A stretch of 64,000 nucleotides of DNA from an uncultured Nitrospiraceae bacterium (GCA_963706325.1 CAVPLT010000004.1:608001-672000), one strand, 5' to 3'. Positions 39,727 to 51,351 are shown, counted from the first letter of the stretch. Notes: generated by a model from the sequence alone, not told the origin. A program made the numbers and translations.

Positions 39727-40629
39727 CTAGTAAGCATCGCGTGCGCATCGGAAGCCGGTCCCGGACGGACGGCTGTCCATCGTGCCCCAGTCGCGATCGG
39801 TCGCACGTAGGCTGATGGCAGGTTTGAGCCAAGAACCTCCGCGCATGGCCTTAATTGCACCACGTTCCGGGCCCTGAGGGTCGCTGACCGATGCGTTGCG
39901 GTAGTAGTTGGGATTATACCAATCCTGCACCCATTCAGCGGCGTTGCCGGCCATGTCCAACGCTCCATAAGGACTCGCGCCGGATAGAAAACTGCCGACC
40001 GGCAGGGTCAATATCTCACCGTTGACACCCTTCTCTTTCGAAATAGCCTCTCCTGCTCCTTTGATCCAGAATGCTTCCCATTCGGTACTGTTGGCAAACT
40101 CCACAGTTCGTTTGGCCCAGAAACTCGCGCTATTGGCTTTATCGAAGTCCCACCCGTTGCCCCAGGGGTAGGTGCGCGCATCGGGACCTCGCGCCGCCTT
40201 CTCCCATTCTGCTTCGGTCGGTAGTCGTTTGCCGGCCCAGCGGCAGAATGCAACGGCATCCAACCAACTCACATTGACCACGGGATGTTGTTCGATGCCG
40301 GGCAGCGGAAGGTTGTGTTCCCACAAGGTCGAAGCCGCGGAGGCATTGGCAGGCGCTTGGTAGCCGGTCGTCCGCACGTACTGTTCGTAGAGGGCGTTCG
40401 TCGTTTCATGTCGATCGATCCAGAACGCACTGAGATAGACCAAGCGGAGCGGTTGCTCATCCGGCAGGCCATCGCTGTCGGCCGAAGTGCCCATCGTAAA
40501 TTCGCCTGCCGGGATCAGGACCATGTCCTCAGGAGGGGGCGCGGCGTGAGCGGAGATCTGATAACCGATGACCAGCAGGAGACAGAGCTGAATAAGAAGC
40601 AGCAGACGCACCGATCTCATATCGGTCAC
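39727..40629 (-). CDS. exported FGE-sulfatase (SUMF1) domain protein
   Basis: F.MG, HPVVNVSW, RLPTEAEWEKAARG, DMAGNAAEW, RGGSW, GFRC. Confidence 0.92.
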   Translation of the reverse strand: MTDMRSVRLLLLIQLCLLLVIGYQISAHAAPPPEDMVLIPAGEFTMGTSADSDGLPDEQPLRLVYLSAFWIDRHETTNALYEQYVRTTGYQAPANASAASTLWEHNLPLPGIEQHPVVNVSWLDAVAFCRWAGKRLPTEAEWEKAARGPDARTYPWGNGWDFDKANSASFWAKRTVEFANSTEWEAFWIKGAGEAISKEKGVNGEILTLPVGSFLSGASPYGALDMAGNAAEWVQDWYNPNYYRNASVSDPQGPERGAIKAMRGGSWLKPAISLRATDRDWGTMDSRPSGTGFRCARDAY

Positions 40630-41378
40630 GGCCTTTTCAAGTTACAAGCTTTGGCGACGCTGTCACGGTATTTCATCCACAACGTGAGTCCCTGTGCGAC
40701 ACAAGTCAGGACGGCATTCTGTTGACTCCTGGTTTCGGCATGGTTGACCATCATCGTGTAGGCGTCTTGGCGGTGTCCGGCCTCTACCTTTTGGTGTGCG
40801 CGAATCAAATCCATGTGCCGCCGGTCGATGCCGTGGTGACGAATGAGCGGATGGGCGTCGAGATAGGCGTCGATCTCCGCCTCGGTTTTTGGTTTGGATG
40901 GTTCGAGGATCTCCTGACGATCTTTGATACTGCCTTCAACAAACACGGCCAACGCAGCTGCGCCTACGATCCAATCGCGGCCGGCCGTGACCTTCTCCAG
41001 CCACCTCCGGTACCTTGCACTCGCAGGAAGGAGTTTCACGGTGGAAAAGGTGTCACTGTCGAAGCCCAAGCCACGCATCATCTCATTGAACAATTCAGGA
41101 TGAGAGCGGCCGAAGGAAAGGCCGCCGGTATCTTCCTCGTAAATATTCTCGGCCAACATCCGTCGGACGTCCGAAGGCGGGTTCTGGCCGTGCACGCGGG
41201 CTAAGAACACGGGAAAGTCCCGTATGTAGACGAGAAATTCCTGTTGGTAGTGCAGTTTTAATTGGGCCTTCGTGATGCCGGGGCCCATGATGATCGGCCA
41301 AGCCCAGTGATGCTTGCGATCCATGACGGCCAACAGGCGCTCGAGAAACTGAGTTCGGGTGAATCTCTTCTGTGCCAT
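40626..41378 (-). CDS. PqqC/CADD-like heme-oxygenase-fold diiron protein
   Basis: ENIYEE..G...SHPELF, VFVEG, HQKVEAGH. Confidence 0.8.
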   Translation of the reverse strand: MAQKRFTRTQFLERLLAVMDRKHHWAWPIIMGPGITKAQLKLHYQQEFLVYIRDFPVFLARVHGQNPPSDVRRMLAENIYEEDTGGLSFGRSHPELFNEMMRGLGFDSDTFSTVKLLPASARYRRWLEKVTAGRDWIVGAAALAVFVEGSIKDRQEILEPSKPKTEAEIDAYLDAHPLIRHHGIDRRHMDLIRAHQKVEAGHRQDAYTMMVNHAETRSQQNAVLTCVAQGLTLWMKYRDSVAKACNLKRP

Positions 41379-41424
41379 GTCTTGCCTTCCTTCTTTCTCA
41401 CTGGCTACAATCAGCCCGGATCAT

Positions 41425-41709
41425 ATGAAACCCATTACCATTCAGGACTCGGAGCAGATTCTCAACTTCCTTGCCGAAGTGGCGTTGCGTGGCAAGGGGT
41501 TTACGACCGACTGCCTGCTGGACTACGTGTTGGACGAAGGTTTTACGGAACCGATCCATCTCAATGCCTCGGGTGAGGATCCGGACGCGTTCTACAAGGA
41601 TCAGCCTCAGGCTTGGGCCATCTATCAGGTGCGCGAGTGGAAGCGGGTCCTGACCGTGTCCGGCGGACCTGGTAAGGACCGGCGCGTGCAGATCACTGAG
41701 ACCCCCTAG
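41425..41709 (+). CDS. hypothetical protein, 94 aa
   Basis: Clean ORF divergent from the PqqC-like gene. Confidence 0.7.
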   Translation: MKPITIQDSEQILNFLAEVALRGKGFTTDCLLDYVLDEGFTEPIHLNASGEDPDAFYKDQPQAWAIYQVREWKRVLTVSGGPGKDRRVQITETP

Positions 41710-41974
41710 TCCCTCGAGTGTAGCCTTACGGCGCTGCCAGTAAGCGTAGGTTGTGATTTGATCGCTTCGCACTTACGACAGGTCTTTTGCATTCAACGCG
41801 GCGCATGTCTCAGGCAAACGCTTCCCCAGGCGTGGCGGTGTGCTTCTCTCGCTCAGTGTATTAACCATCCGACCTAATTGCAATGAATCGTGCGCTGTCC
41901 ACCGTCAGACAGTCCGGTTTTCGACAGGCTGGCCTATCAGGCACGATGACCCGTTCCGCGGGAGGGCGACAGTG

Positions 41975-42241
41975 ATGCCGCGAACGACCGGCCCGAGTTC
42001 TGCGAAGCTGGTGACCTTGTGCGAGCCAGCGGATGTCGGGGAGCTGGCTCTCATCAAGAGCCTGCTCGACGGCAACGGTATCTTATATATCGTGCATCAT
42101 GAGCACATCGGGGCTCTCTACCCGGGAGTGTCCTTGTTATGCAGCCGTGTAATGGTGGCGGAGGGAGATAAGCGGCGGGCCGAAATTCTTTTAAGCCGCC
42201 TCGCGCTTCAGATTCGTGATGCGACTGAGGAGACGGAATGA
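41975..42241 (+). CDS. DUF2007 (PII-like fold) protein
   Basis: ELALIKSLLDGNGI...RVMVAEGD..RA. Confidence 0.75.
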   Translation: MPRTTGPSSAKLVTLCEPADVGELALIKSLLDGNGILYIVHHEHIGALYPGVSLLCSRVMVAEGDKRRAEILLSRLALQIRDATEETE

Positions 42242-42321
42242 GCGCTAGGATGTCGCTACAGACTATTTGTCAGCCAGGTTGCTTAGGGCGGTAGGTCTGA
42301 TTGCGATATCTGAGGTCTTTG

Positions 42322-42443
42322 CAGGGCGTTCAAAAAGGCCGGCCAGCGAGGCCGCAGCAAATGAAGGCTTGAGGCGTACCCTTGCGGTACGTTGAGGGCT
42401 TGAATGATGCGAGAACGTTGCTGGCGGTTTTTTTAACGCCCTG
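42322..42443 (-). repeat. ~122-bp repeat, copy 6 (reverse orientation)
   Basis: TIR CAGGGCGTTCAAAAA / TTTTTAACGCCCTG; core GAGGCGTACCCTTGCGGTACGTTGAG. Confidence 0.88.
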
Positions 42444-42896
42444 TTACGGGTGGCCCTTCGGCTTGACCATCTCAGGTGTCGCAGGAAGCGGCAAGCGCAC
42501 ATCCGATCCCGAAAAATGTCCACCGATCAGCTTCCCTTCCTCAAAATACAGATAGCGGTGTTTGACCACCGCCGGACTTTCCCAATCCTCGAAAATCCAT
42601 TCTTCACGCCGCAAGCCGTCGCTGGTGTGCGTGACATTCATCGTATTTGGGGAGCCCCAGGCCTCCAGAACCTGTTTGCGATCCATCCCTACCATCACGC
42701 GATGGCTTTCGATGTGTTTGGAAAAGTCGGGGTCCAGCCAGCCGGGCACGAAGCGAAAGGCGATCAGGCTGACGAGAAAGAGTGCCAGGAACGCGTAGAT
42801 AATGATCCGCACCGGCCGTTGACGGATAAAGGGCGTGGGTTCCGCATTCGGAGGCAGGGGGGCGATGGGAGTGACAGTGGTGGTCTGATCAGTCAC
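42444..42896 (-). CDS. membrane-anchored SmpA/BamE-like fold protein
   Basis: TM helix; VGMDRKQVLEAWGSP...EEWIF...LYFEEGKL. Confidence 0.65.
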   Translation of the reverse strand: MTDQTTTVTPIAPLPPNAEPTPFIRQRPVRIIIYAFLALFLVSLIAFRFVPGWLDPDFSKHIESHRVMVGMDRKQVLEAWGSPNTMNVTHTSDGLRREEWIFEDWESPAVVKHRYLYFEEGKLIGGHFSGSDVRLPLPATPEMVKPKGHP

Positions 42897-43069
42897 AAAT
42901 ATCCTTCCGTCAGGCAGCTGTCGAGGAGAGCATGCACCGGCTTGCATGCTAAACAATCGTTTTTCAGTCCGTCAAGGGACCCAAATTGCTCGCCGCGCAA
43001 GCATTTGATGAATCTGGACTGGTGGTCAGACCTGCTATGCTTAAGCGAGCATGGGTGACGGGGGTGCCT

Positions 43070-43720
43070 ATGGAACAGACAATGCGTAATAAGGGACGAC
43101 GCGCGACTTGGTTCATGGCTGGTTTCTGGTTGATATGGTATGCCGGGATTGTCGTAGAGGCAGGAAGCCTGTACGTCTACACGGATGCGCAGGGACAAGC
43201 CGTACTGACCGATAATGTGCAGCAGGTGCCGGTTGAATTTCGGGGGCGACTCAGGACAGTGACCAGCGGGGAGGCGCCGGCAGCCAGTGTAATGACATCG
43301 GCCTCCGAATTAACGCTGAGCGGCCCCTTGCCCGCCTTGAGTGCGTTGGAACGAATTCTTCACGCCATTGCTCAGAGGGTCCATCCAATTGGAGGGCTCA
43401 CCGCCCATCAAACCGCCGTGGTCATCATGACGGGGGCCTGTTGGATGGGGTTGCTGGCGTTGATGTTTCTCAGCGCTAATCCGGCCCTCCGAATTCTCGC
43501 CAAGTGCTCACTGGTTTTGGTCAGCTTGGCGGCTGTCTACCAACTCACTATCGGGGACGTTTCACAAGCTCGAACGGTTGCCGGATCCGCTCCGCAGGCG
43601 TCCGGGCAAGCGATGGACACCATCATGGGCCAGATGAAAACGAAGACCGAGCAGAATTATCGCCTACAAGACGAACGAAACACCCGCCAGCTGGACCAAG
43701 CTGAACCGCTGACCCCATAA
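43070..43720 (+). CDS. DUF4124-domain membrane protein
   Basis: LYVYTDAQGQAVLTDN..VP; two TM segments. Confidence 0.7.
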   Translation: MEQTMRNKGRRATWFMAGFWLIWYAGIVVEAGSLYVYTDAQGQAVLTDNVQQVPVEFRGRLRTVTSGEAPAASVMTSASELTLSGPLPALSALERILHAIAQRVHPIGGLTAHQTAVVIMTGACWMGLLALMFLSANPALRILAKCSLVLVSLAAVYQLTIGDVSQARTVAGSAPQASGQAMDTIMGQMKTKTEQNYRLQDERNTRQLDQAEPLTP

Positions 43721-43726
43721 CGTGGA

Positions 43727-44506
43727 CTAGTCTGCGTATTTGGGAACCGGGATTTTTTTAATTGCCGGCGGAGGTGGAGCTTGTTGCGCAAAGGCTTTCG
43801 AATAGGGGTTAAGGATGGGGTCATGCGTATTGCGTTGGCGCATCTTGACGAGCGGGAGACTCTGGGTGCTGATCTCCATTCGATCGATGAGCGCCTTCGA
43901 CGTCAATGGATCTGGTAACCCCTGTAGCGTGAACATCTGAAACGCGAGCGACCAGTCGAGCGCCTCTTTCCCCTTTTCCCTCACAATAAAGCGTGCATCT
44001 GCAGAGGGAGTTCCGGTAAAGAATAACAACATGATGTTGGATCGAAAGACCGGCGCAGCATCGTCCTCGGACGGCTTGAATTCCGGGACGAAGTCGGGAA
44101 CCTTGCTCAGCGGCACCGAAGGTGTGAATTCGACGTCTACGAGACGAACGAAGAGGGGACGTTGCTCGCTTTGGTCGTTCCGATCGAACGTGTAGCTGAA
44201 GGAATACCGCACATCGACGCCGTCACGTTTAAAGGTATAGACATCTTCCCCGTTTTCAGGCGAAACCACCTTCTTGAAGTACTGATCCCAATCTCCGATC
44301 GGGTAGTACGTGAAGACCCGCAGGGCGGCCTTGCGGTCTCGCACAGCCTGTGGGAGACCAAGTTTTTCGTGCAATTCCGTTTGCGTCAGTCCGAGATACC
44401 CATCGTCAAAATAGGGTCCGGCCCAGGTGAGATCACTCCCAGCCCGCAAGAAGCTCGCGCAAAGACACATCGCTAGGAGGAGGCGGGTGACTGTCTGATA
44501 CGCCAT
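43727..44506 (-). CDS. exported hypothetical protein
   Basis: Signal peptide; LGLTQTELHEKLGLP. Confidence 0.7.
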   Translation of the reverse strand: MAYQTVTRLLLAMCLCASFLRAGSDLTWAGPYFDDGYLGLTQTELHEKLGLPQAVRDRKAALRVFTYYPIGDWDQYFKKVVSPENGEDVYTFKRDGVDVRYSFSYTFDRNDQSEQRPLFVRLVDVEFTPSVPLSKVPDFVPEFKPSEDDAAPVFRSNIMLLFFTGTPSADARFIVREKGKEALDWSLAFQMFTLQGLPDPLTSKALIDRMEISTQSLPLVKMRQRNTHDPILNPYSKAFAQQAPPPPAIKKIPVPKYAD

Positions 44507-44695
44507 AGGTATCCACTCACGCTCAAGCCAGACACAATGGGCATCGTATCGGCCAGGGTAGTCGATGTCAAGGCACGGAACCAGCAAAGGCTTGCTGTAA
44601 AAAGTCCCTTCCCGATATGATGGCCGCTTGCTTGTGAATCATGGAAGCAGTACGCCCTAGACCTGACACTCGGTAACAGAAAGACATAGGTAATC

Positions 44696-47600
44696 ATGCC
44701 GGAAGCACATATTCGCGACTTACTTCGAGAGCGGATTCTGATGTTAGATGGGGCCATGGGCACCATGATCCAGCGGTATAAGCTGGATGAGGCCGCGTTT
44801 CGCGGAGAACGCTTCAAAGATTGGACGAAGGATCTTAAGGGCCATAACGATCTCTTGAACGTCACCCAACCCGCCGTCATCGAAGAGATCCATCGGCAGT
44901 ATTTCGAGGCCGGAGCGGATATCGTCGAGACCAATACGTTCAACTCTCAATCCGTGTCGCTGGCTGACTACGGTATGGACGACCTCGGGTACGAGCTCTC
45001 CAAAGCCGGGGCCGAATGCGCTCGGCGCGCCATGGCGCAAGTGTTGGCAAAACAGCCGGCACGACGTTGCTTTGTCGCCGGTGCGATCGGCCCGACGACC
45101 AAGACTGCCTCTGTGTCGACAGATTCCAATGACGCGGCGTCCCGTGGCACGACCTATCCCGAATTGGTCCGTGCCTATAGCGACCAGGTGCGCGGTCTGC
45201 TCGACGGTGGCGTCGATCTCCTGCTCGTCGAGACCATCTTCGATACCTTGAACGCCAAGGCGGCATTTTTTGCGATTCAACAACTGTTCGCCGAAGGAGC
45301 GCGGCAGGTGCCGATCATGGCCTCCGTGACCTTCATCCAGGCCGGCAGCAATCGCGGCTTTTCCGGGCAGACGGTCGAAGGATTCTGGAATTCCATTTCG
45401 CATGTCCCCTTGCTCAGCGTGGGGATGAACTGCGCACTGGGGCCCAAGGAAATGCGGCCATTGATCGAAGAGCTCTCGAAGATTGCGCCGATTTATGTGA
45501 GCAGCCATCCGAATGCCGGATTGCCCAATCCATTGTTACCAACCGGTTTTCCTGAGACGCCCGAGTCGCTGGCGCCGCAGTTGCGCGAGTGGGCCGACAA
45601 CGGGTGGTTGAACATTGTCGGCGGTTGTTGCGGAACGACACCGGACCATATCCGGGCGATTGCCGACGCGGTGCGAGGGCTGACTCCACGGCAATCTTCC
45701 ACAGTTGAACCATTCTTGCGACTGAGCGGTCTCGAAGCGTTGACTGTGCGGCCTGAGTCCAATTTCGTGAACATCGGTGAACGGACCAACATCACCGGAT
45801 CGCCTGCCTTTTCGAAGCTGATCCTGGCCGGCGATTACGACAAGGCCTTGACCGTGGCCCGTCAGCAGGCCGAAGGCGGGGCACAAATTATTGACATCAA
45901 CATGGATGAAGGGATGCTGGATTCCAAGGCGGCCATGGAAAAGTTCCTGCGCCTCCTGGCGGCCGAGTCGGACATTGCCCGCGTACCGATCATGGTGGAC
46001 AGTTCGAAATGGGAGGTTATCGAAACCGGCCTCCAGAATCTGCAAGGCAAGGGGATCGTCAACTCGATCAGTCTGAAGGAAGGTGTGGCGAAGTTTCTCG
46101 AGCAGGCGCGACTCATTCGCCGTTACGGGGCAGCCATGGTGGTCATGGCGTTCGATGAGCGCGGACAGGCCGATTCGGTCGCTCGACGCATCGAGATCTG
46201 CGAGCGCTCATACCGCCTGCTCATCGACCAAGTCGGCGTGCCGCCGCAGGACATCATTTTCGATCCGAACATCCTGACTGTCGCAACCGGACTCGAGGAG
46301 CACAATAATTACGCGGTCGACTTTATTGAAGCGACGAGGTGGATCAAGCAGCATTTGCCGTTGGCCAAGGTCAGCGGCGGTGTCAGCAATATCTCCTTCT
46401 CGTTCCGCGGCAATAATGTCGTGCGTGAAGCCATGCATGCGGCGTTTCTGTACCACGCGATTCAGGCGGGCCTCGACATGGGTATCGTCAATGCCGGGCA
46501 GTTGGCCGTCTACGAAGAAGTCCCCAAGGATCTGCTGGCGCTCGTTGAGGATGTGCTGTTGAACCGCCGACCGGATGCCACCGAACGGCTGGTCACTTTT
46601 GCCGAAACGGTTAAGCAGAAGGGGAAGGCGGTCATTAAAGACGACGAATGGCGGACTCGACCGGTGGAGGAACGCCTGGCGCACGCGCTCGTGAAGGGAT
46701 TGACGGATTATATCGATCAGGATGTGGAGGAGGCGAGACAGAAGACGGCCAGACCGCTCGACGTCATCGAGGGTCCCCTGATGGCTGGAATGAATGTAGT
46801 CGGCGATCTGTTCGGATCGGGAAAGATGTTTTTGCCTCAAGTGGTGAAGAGCGCCAGAGTGATGAAGAAGGCCGTGGCGTACCTCATGCCGTTCATGGAA
46901 GCCGAGAAGCAGCGCTTGGGCACCTCCCGCGCGAATGGAAAGGTCCTGCTCGCAACCGTCAAGGGTGATGTGCACGATATCGGCAAGAACATCGTGGGGG
47001 TCGTGCTGGGATGCAACAATTATGATGTGATCGATCTTGGCGTCATGGTGTCGTGCGAGAAAATCCTGGCCACGGCCCGCGAGCAACAGGTGGACATCGT
47101 CGGATTGAGCGGATTGATCACTCCCTCGTTGGACGAGATGGTCCATGTAGCCAAGGAGATGACGCGGCAGGGATTCGAGCTTCCCCTGTTGATCGGCGGC
47201 GCGACGACCAGCAAGGCCCACACCGCCGTTAAAATCGCGCCCTCCTATCGCCACGCCACCGTGCATGTGCTGGACGCATCACGCGCCGTCGGTGTCGTCG
47301 GCAGTCTGATCAACGAGCAGCAGCGGGAGAGCTTTGCCGACACCGTCCGCGCCGATTACGATCGGGTCCGCCAGGCGCATCAAGACCGTGGGCCGAAAAT
47401 CCTCCGCAGCCTGGAAGAATCACGGAAGCATCGGCTGTCCACCGACTGGGCGACCGTCGATATTCCCACCCCCTCGTTTACAGGCGTACGTACCATCGAT
47501 CGGCTGCCATTGCGTGAGTTGGTGCCGTACATCGATTGGTCGCCCTTCTTCCACACTTGGGAACTACGGGGCCGTTATCCCGGCATTTTTGAGGACGCCA

Positions 47601-48379
47601 CGGTGGGGCCAAAGGCCAAGGAACTGTTCGAGGACGCGCAGGCGTTGCTGGAGGAGATCATCCGTGGCGAGTTGTTGACCGCGCGCGGGGTGTACGGATT
47701 CTTTCCGGCCAATAGCGTGGGGGATGATATCGAATTGTACCGCGGTCAAGAACGTCGGGACGTCCAGGCGCGGTTCCATACGCTTCGGCAGCAGATGGAG
47801 AAGCCTGCCGACCAATACAACTTAGCCCTGGCGGATTTCATCGCACCGAAGGAGTCTCGCCGAGCAGATTATATCGGGGCGTTTGCGGTCACGGCCGGTA
47901 TTGGTGTTGAGGCGCTGTGTGCGAAGTACGAGAAGGATCACGACGACTACAACTCTATTATGACCAAGGCGCTGGCGGACCGGCTGGCGGAAGCGTTTGC
48001 CGAATGGCTACACAAACAGGTTCGAGGTGAGTGGGGGTATGGAACGACCGAAACGCTCACGCTGGAGGACATGATCCGGGAACGGTATCGCGGTATTCGG
48101 CCGGCTCCCGGTTATCCAGCTTGTCCGGATCACACTGAGAAGCGGACGCTGTTCGATTTATTGGGCGCCGAGGCAGCATCCGGGGTGACGTTGACGGAAT
48201 CATTCGCGATGTTGCCGGCGGCGTCTGTTAGTGGACTCTATTTCGCACATCCGCAGGCGAGGTATTTTGCGGTGGGGAAGATCAATCGTGACCAGGTGGA
48301 GGAGTATGCGACCCGTAAGCAATTGCCTGTGAGCGAAATCGAGCGGTGGCTGGCGCCTAACCTGAATTACGACACATAG
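44696..48379 (+). CDS. metH: B12-dependent methionine synthase
   Basis: [39 protein letters not shown]; 1227 aa. Confidence 0.98.
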   Translation: MPEAHIRDLLRERILMLDGAMGTMIQRYKLDEAAFRGERFKDWTKDLKGHNDLLNVTQPAVIEEIHRQYFEAGADIVETNTFNSQSVSLADYGMDDLGYELSKAGAECARRAMAQVLAKQPARRCFVAGAIGPTTKTASVSTDSNDAASRGTTYPELVRAYSDQVRGLLDGGVDLLLVETIFDTLNAKAAFFAIQQLFAEGARQVPIMASVTFIQAGSNRGFSGQTVEGFWNSISHVPLLSVGMNCALGPKEMRPLIEELSKIAPIYVSSHPNAGLPNPLLPTGFPETPESLAPQLREWADNGWLNIVGGCCGTTPDHIRAIADAVRGLTPRQSSTVEPFLRLSGLEALTVRPESNFVNIGERTNITGSPAFSKLILAGDYDKALTVARQQAEGGAQIIDINMDEGMLDSKAAMEKFLRLLAAESDIARVPIMVDSSKWEVIETGLQNLQGKGIVNSISLKEGVAKFLEQARLIRRYGAAMVVMAFDERGQADSVARRIEICERSYRLLIDQVGVPPQDIIFDPNILTVATGLEEHNNYAVDFIEATRWIKQHLPLAKVSGGVSNISFSFRGNNVVREAMHAAFLYHAIQAGLDMGIVNAGQLAVYEEVPKDLLALVEDVLLNRRPDATERLVTFAETVKQKGKAVIKDDEWRTRPVEERLAHALVKGLTDYIDQDVEEARQKTARPLDVIEGPLMAGMNVVGDLFGSGKMFLPQVVKSARVMKKAVAYLMPFMEAEKQRLGTSRANGKVLLATVKGDVHDIGKNIVGVVLGCNNYDVIDLGVMVSCEKILATAREQQVDIVGLSGLITPSLDEMVHVAKEMTRQGFELPLLIGGATTSKAHTAVKIAPSYRHATVHVLDASRAVGVVGSLINEQQRESFADTVRADYDRVRQAHQDRGPKILRSLEESRKHRLSTDWATVDIPTPSFTGVRTIDRLPLRELVPYIDWSPFFHTWELRGRYPGIFEDATVGPKAKELFEDAQALLEEIIRGELLTARGVYGFFPANSVGDDIELYRGQERRDVQARFHTLRQQMEKPADQYNLALADFIAPKESRRADYIGAFAVTAGIGVEALCAKYEKDHDDYNSIMTKALADRLAEAFAEWLHKQVRGEWGYGTTETLTLEDMIRERYRGIRPAPGYPACPDHTEKRTLFDLLGAEAASGVTLTESFAMLPAASVSGLYFAHPQARYFAVGKINRDQVEEYATRKQLPVSEIERWLAPNLNYDT

Positions 48380-48474
48380 GTTTCGAGTGTCGCTGGTGAG
48401 CCTGTCATGGCTGCGTCCTGTTGAACGAGAAGATTACGAGCGATGGTGGAGGAGCCTTGATTTAATCGAAACCG

Positions 48475-48972
48475 TCAATTCTTAACGGCTTCGAGGGCTA
48501 CAGGAATGTCAGGGATGGTGGCTCCTGAGAGAACGTTCGCGAGCGAAGATTTGATCCGGCTGTAACGTTCTTCCGCCCAGACATTGAATGCATCCGAGTT
48601 CTCAAACACCAACTCCCAGGCCTTGGCCGCATCCAATAGTAAGAGTTGATGCGGCTGATTCTTGTCGGGGATATACACGACCAGCACGGCGGAGTTGCCG
48701 GTGAGGCTGATGTCGGTGAAGACATGGATCATGGCTGCCGAGGGAAGGGCCGTGTCACGTGTGGCTGCCTCGACGAGCGGTTTGTAGAGACAATGAAGCA
48801 AATGCGCCGTGTCTTCGTGGGGACTCCCGGTTCGTAACAGACGGGGATTGGGCTTGTCTCCGAATAGATTGTCCGTGAGATAGGTTGCCGCTTCCCAGGT
48901 GGGCATCAGGCCGGATGAGGCGAGATTTTCACAGAGATACGCAATCCAATTCCGTGAACGATGTGCCTTCAT
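48475..48972 (-). CDS. hypothetical protein
   Basis: Overlaps the stop of the HD-GYP gene. Confidence 0.7.
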   Translation of the reverse strand: MKAHRSRNWIAYLCENLASSGLMPTWEAATYLTDNLFGDKPNPRLLRTGSPHEDTAHLLHCLYKPLVEAATRDTALPSAAMIHVFTDISLTGNSAVLVVYIPDKNQPHQLLLLDAAKAWELVFENSDAFNVWAEERYSRIKSSLANVLSGATIPDIPVALEAVKN

Positions 48973-50144
48973 AACTCATTCAATTCCTGAGTTGACTGAC
49001 GGGCCCGAGTGGAGGAATACCACTTTGGGTCTGCAAATTGGTCATAAATACGTTTGATATCGTCCATCGAATTGAAGAATATATCAAGAAGGTCGGGGTC
49101 GAAATGCTTGCCGCGTTCTCTCAGCATCAGATCTTTGGCATGGTCGAACTCATACGCCGGCTTGTAGACCCGCTGAGTCGTGAGAGCATCGAAATTGTCG
49201 GCAATGGCGGTGATCCGTCCTTCTAGTGGAATGGCTTCTCCAGCCAATCCGCGTGGGTAGCCTGTTCCATCATAACGTTCATGGTGGGTCCAGGCGATGA
49301 CGGCGGCCACTTTCAACAGCTCCGAATCAGAACCAGCCAAAATACGATAGCCGATTTCCGTATGCTGGGTGATCACCTTGAACTCCTCCGGCGTAAATTT
49401 CCCGGGCTTCAAGAGCACATGGTCCGGAGTGCCGATTTTGCCGATGTCGTGCATGGGGCTGGCCGTGCGGATCAAATCGCAACGATCGGGCGCCAAGCCG
49501 TAGCGACGGGCGAGGAGTTCACAATAGTGGCTCATCCGTTGGATGTGCTGTGCCGTCGAGCTGTCCCGATATTCCGCGGCGATGGCGAGGCGCTGAATGG
49601 TTTCTTCGCGCGAGAGGCGCAATTCTTTTTCACTGCGTTCCAGCCATTCGAGTGCCTGTTGCAGGGCAATCGTTCTGGTCCGGACAACTTCTTCGAGATT
49701 CTCCCGATGCATGGCATTTTCAATTTCCAGCTTGCGCCGTCGTAACGCATTGGCCACGTTGATGAGGACCTCGTTGGCCTCGAAGGGCTTGATCACATAG
49801 CCGAAGGCCCCCATGTCCAGGGCCGCATTGGCGAGAACAGGGCTATCCAGCCCCGTGACCATGATGACAGCCGTGGTGGGGTACTGAACGAGAATGTGGC
49901 GCACGAGGTCCATGCCGGACTCGCCCGGCATATTCACGTCGCACAAAACGAGGGCGTAGGATCCTTTTTCCATTCGCTGGCGAGCTTCGCGGGATTCACC
50001 GGCCAAGGTGACATGGTACCCATGGGGTTCGAGCAGATAGCCCAGCAGGCGACGAATGGGCTCTTCATCGTCTACGATCAAGATATTGCGGTTGTCGAGC
50101 AACGACGGTTGGCTGGTTTCCTCTGTGACAGACTGGATACTCAT
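48969..50144 (-). CDS. REC + HD-GYP c-di-GMP phosphodiesterase (RpfG-like)
   Basis: IVDDE, HDIGKIG, HHERYDGTGYP. Confidence 0.93.
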   Translation of the reverse strand: MSIQSVTEETSQPSLLDNRNILIVDDEEPIRRLLGYLLEPHGYHVTLAGESREARQRMEKGSYALVLCDVNMPGESGMDLVRHILVQYPTTAVIMVTGLDSPVLANAALDMGAFGYVIKPFEANEVLINVANALRRRKLEIENAMHRENLEEVVRTRTIALQQALEWLERSEKELRLSREETIQRLAIAAEYRDSSTAQHIQRMSHYCELLARRYGLAPDRCDLIRTASPMHDIGKIGTPDHVLLKPGKFTPEEFKVITQHTEIGYRILAGSDSELLKVAAVIAWTHHERYDGTGYPRGLAGEAIPLEGRITAIADNFDALTTQRVYKPAYEFDHAKDLMLRERGKHFDPDLLDIFFNSMDDIKRIYDQFADPKWYSSTRARQSTQELNEL

Positions 50145-50537
50145 AGAAAGTCGCCCATTAGGTTTAACTGCTCAGATGGCATAAGGCTAGGATCAGTATC
50201 GGCCACATGGGTAAAAGTCTGAAGCATATCGTGGAGCCGTCGAGGAGTGCACCTTCTATGCCATTCTTTTGTCGTCTCGGGGGCCTGTGGGCTTTCCTTG
50301 CGCGCCCCAATGATGCTGAAACGCCGTTGATTTGACTAGATTCTGTTAGCACCAGGTCGGCCGGTTTCTGGGCTTAGGGCCCGGCTGGGTCGTCAACTCT
50401 GACGCTCATCCCGTTGAGCGTCAGAGTTAGGGGGGTGTAGGGCATCACTCATCTCAATGATGGATTATACATTGGTAGCCGGTGAAGGCCAGTCGAAACG
50501 CAGCTTCTGAAATCGTGCCGAAACTGTCTCATGTGAT

Positions 50538-50566
50538 TTGCTCTTTGCAGCCCCGTTTACTATAAT
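50538..50566 (+). promoter_or_regulatory. sigma70 promoter of rph-rdgB
   Basis: TTGCTC-17 nt-TATAAT. Confidence 0.6.
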
Positions 50567-50607
50567 CCGCTCCTTTAGATTTAATGTCGAGGAAGGGGTG
50601 CGACTTA

Positions 50608-51351
50608 ATGGCGAGTGGAGCGGGGTTGGGTCGGATCGATGGGCGACGGCGGGATCAAATCCGGCCGGTCAAGGTGACACGAAATTTTACGAAACATGCC
50701 GAAGGATCCGTCTTGATCGAAATGGGGGACACGAAGGTCATCTGCACGGCTTCCGTTGAAGAAAAGGTTCCCCCTTTTCTGAAAGGGAAGGGGAGCGGGT
50801 GGGTCACGGCTGAATATGCCATGCTGCCACGGGCCACACATGATCGCTCGCCACGGGAAGCAGTCAAGGGCAAGCAGGGCGGGCGAACATTGGAGATTCA
50901 ACGTCTGGTCGGACGTGCCTTACGCGCGGTCATCGACACGACGCGGCTGGGGGAGCGGACCATATGGATCGATTGCGACGTCATTCAAGCTGACGGTGGT
51001 ACCCGTACGGCTTCAATTACCGGAGCTTTTATTGCTTTGGCGGATGCGATGACTGTCTTGAAAAAGAAAGACCTTGTGAAGAAGAATCCCCTCACCGAAT
51101 ACCTGGCGGCAATCAGTATTGGAAAAGTCGGCGGTCAAGTATTGGTAGACTTGGCGTATGAGGAAGACTCGCACGCTGAGGTGGACTTGAATCTGGTGAT
51201 GACCGGCGCGGGACAGTATGTCGAGGTGCAGGGTACGGCTGAGCGGACTCCCTTCAATAAGCGGGACATGGATGAGTTTCTCGACCTCGGGTGGGGGGCA
51301 ATCCGCGAACTGGTCGAGTTGCAGAAATCATTGATTGGCTCACTTGGCTGA
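50608..51351 (+). CDS. rph: ribonuclease PH
   Basis: [39 protein letters not shown]. Confidence 0.97.
   Translation: MASGAGLGRIDGRRRDQIRPVKVTRNFTKHAEGSVLIEMGDTKVICTASVEEKVPPFLKGKGSGWVTAEYAMLPRATHDRSPREAVKGKQGGRTLEIQRLVGRALRAVIDTTRLGERTIWIDCDVIQADGGTRTASITGAFIALADAMTVLKKKDLVKKNPLTEYLAAISIGKVGGQVLVDLAYEEDSHAEVDLNLVMTGAGQYVEVQGTAERTPFNKRDMDEFLDLGWGAIRELVELQKSLIGSLG

Noticed and set aside
44590..44695. Cobalamin or SAM riboswitch upstream of metH
   Set aside because: The leader is too short and no B12-box was seen.
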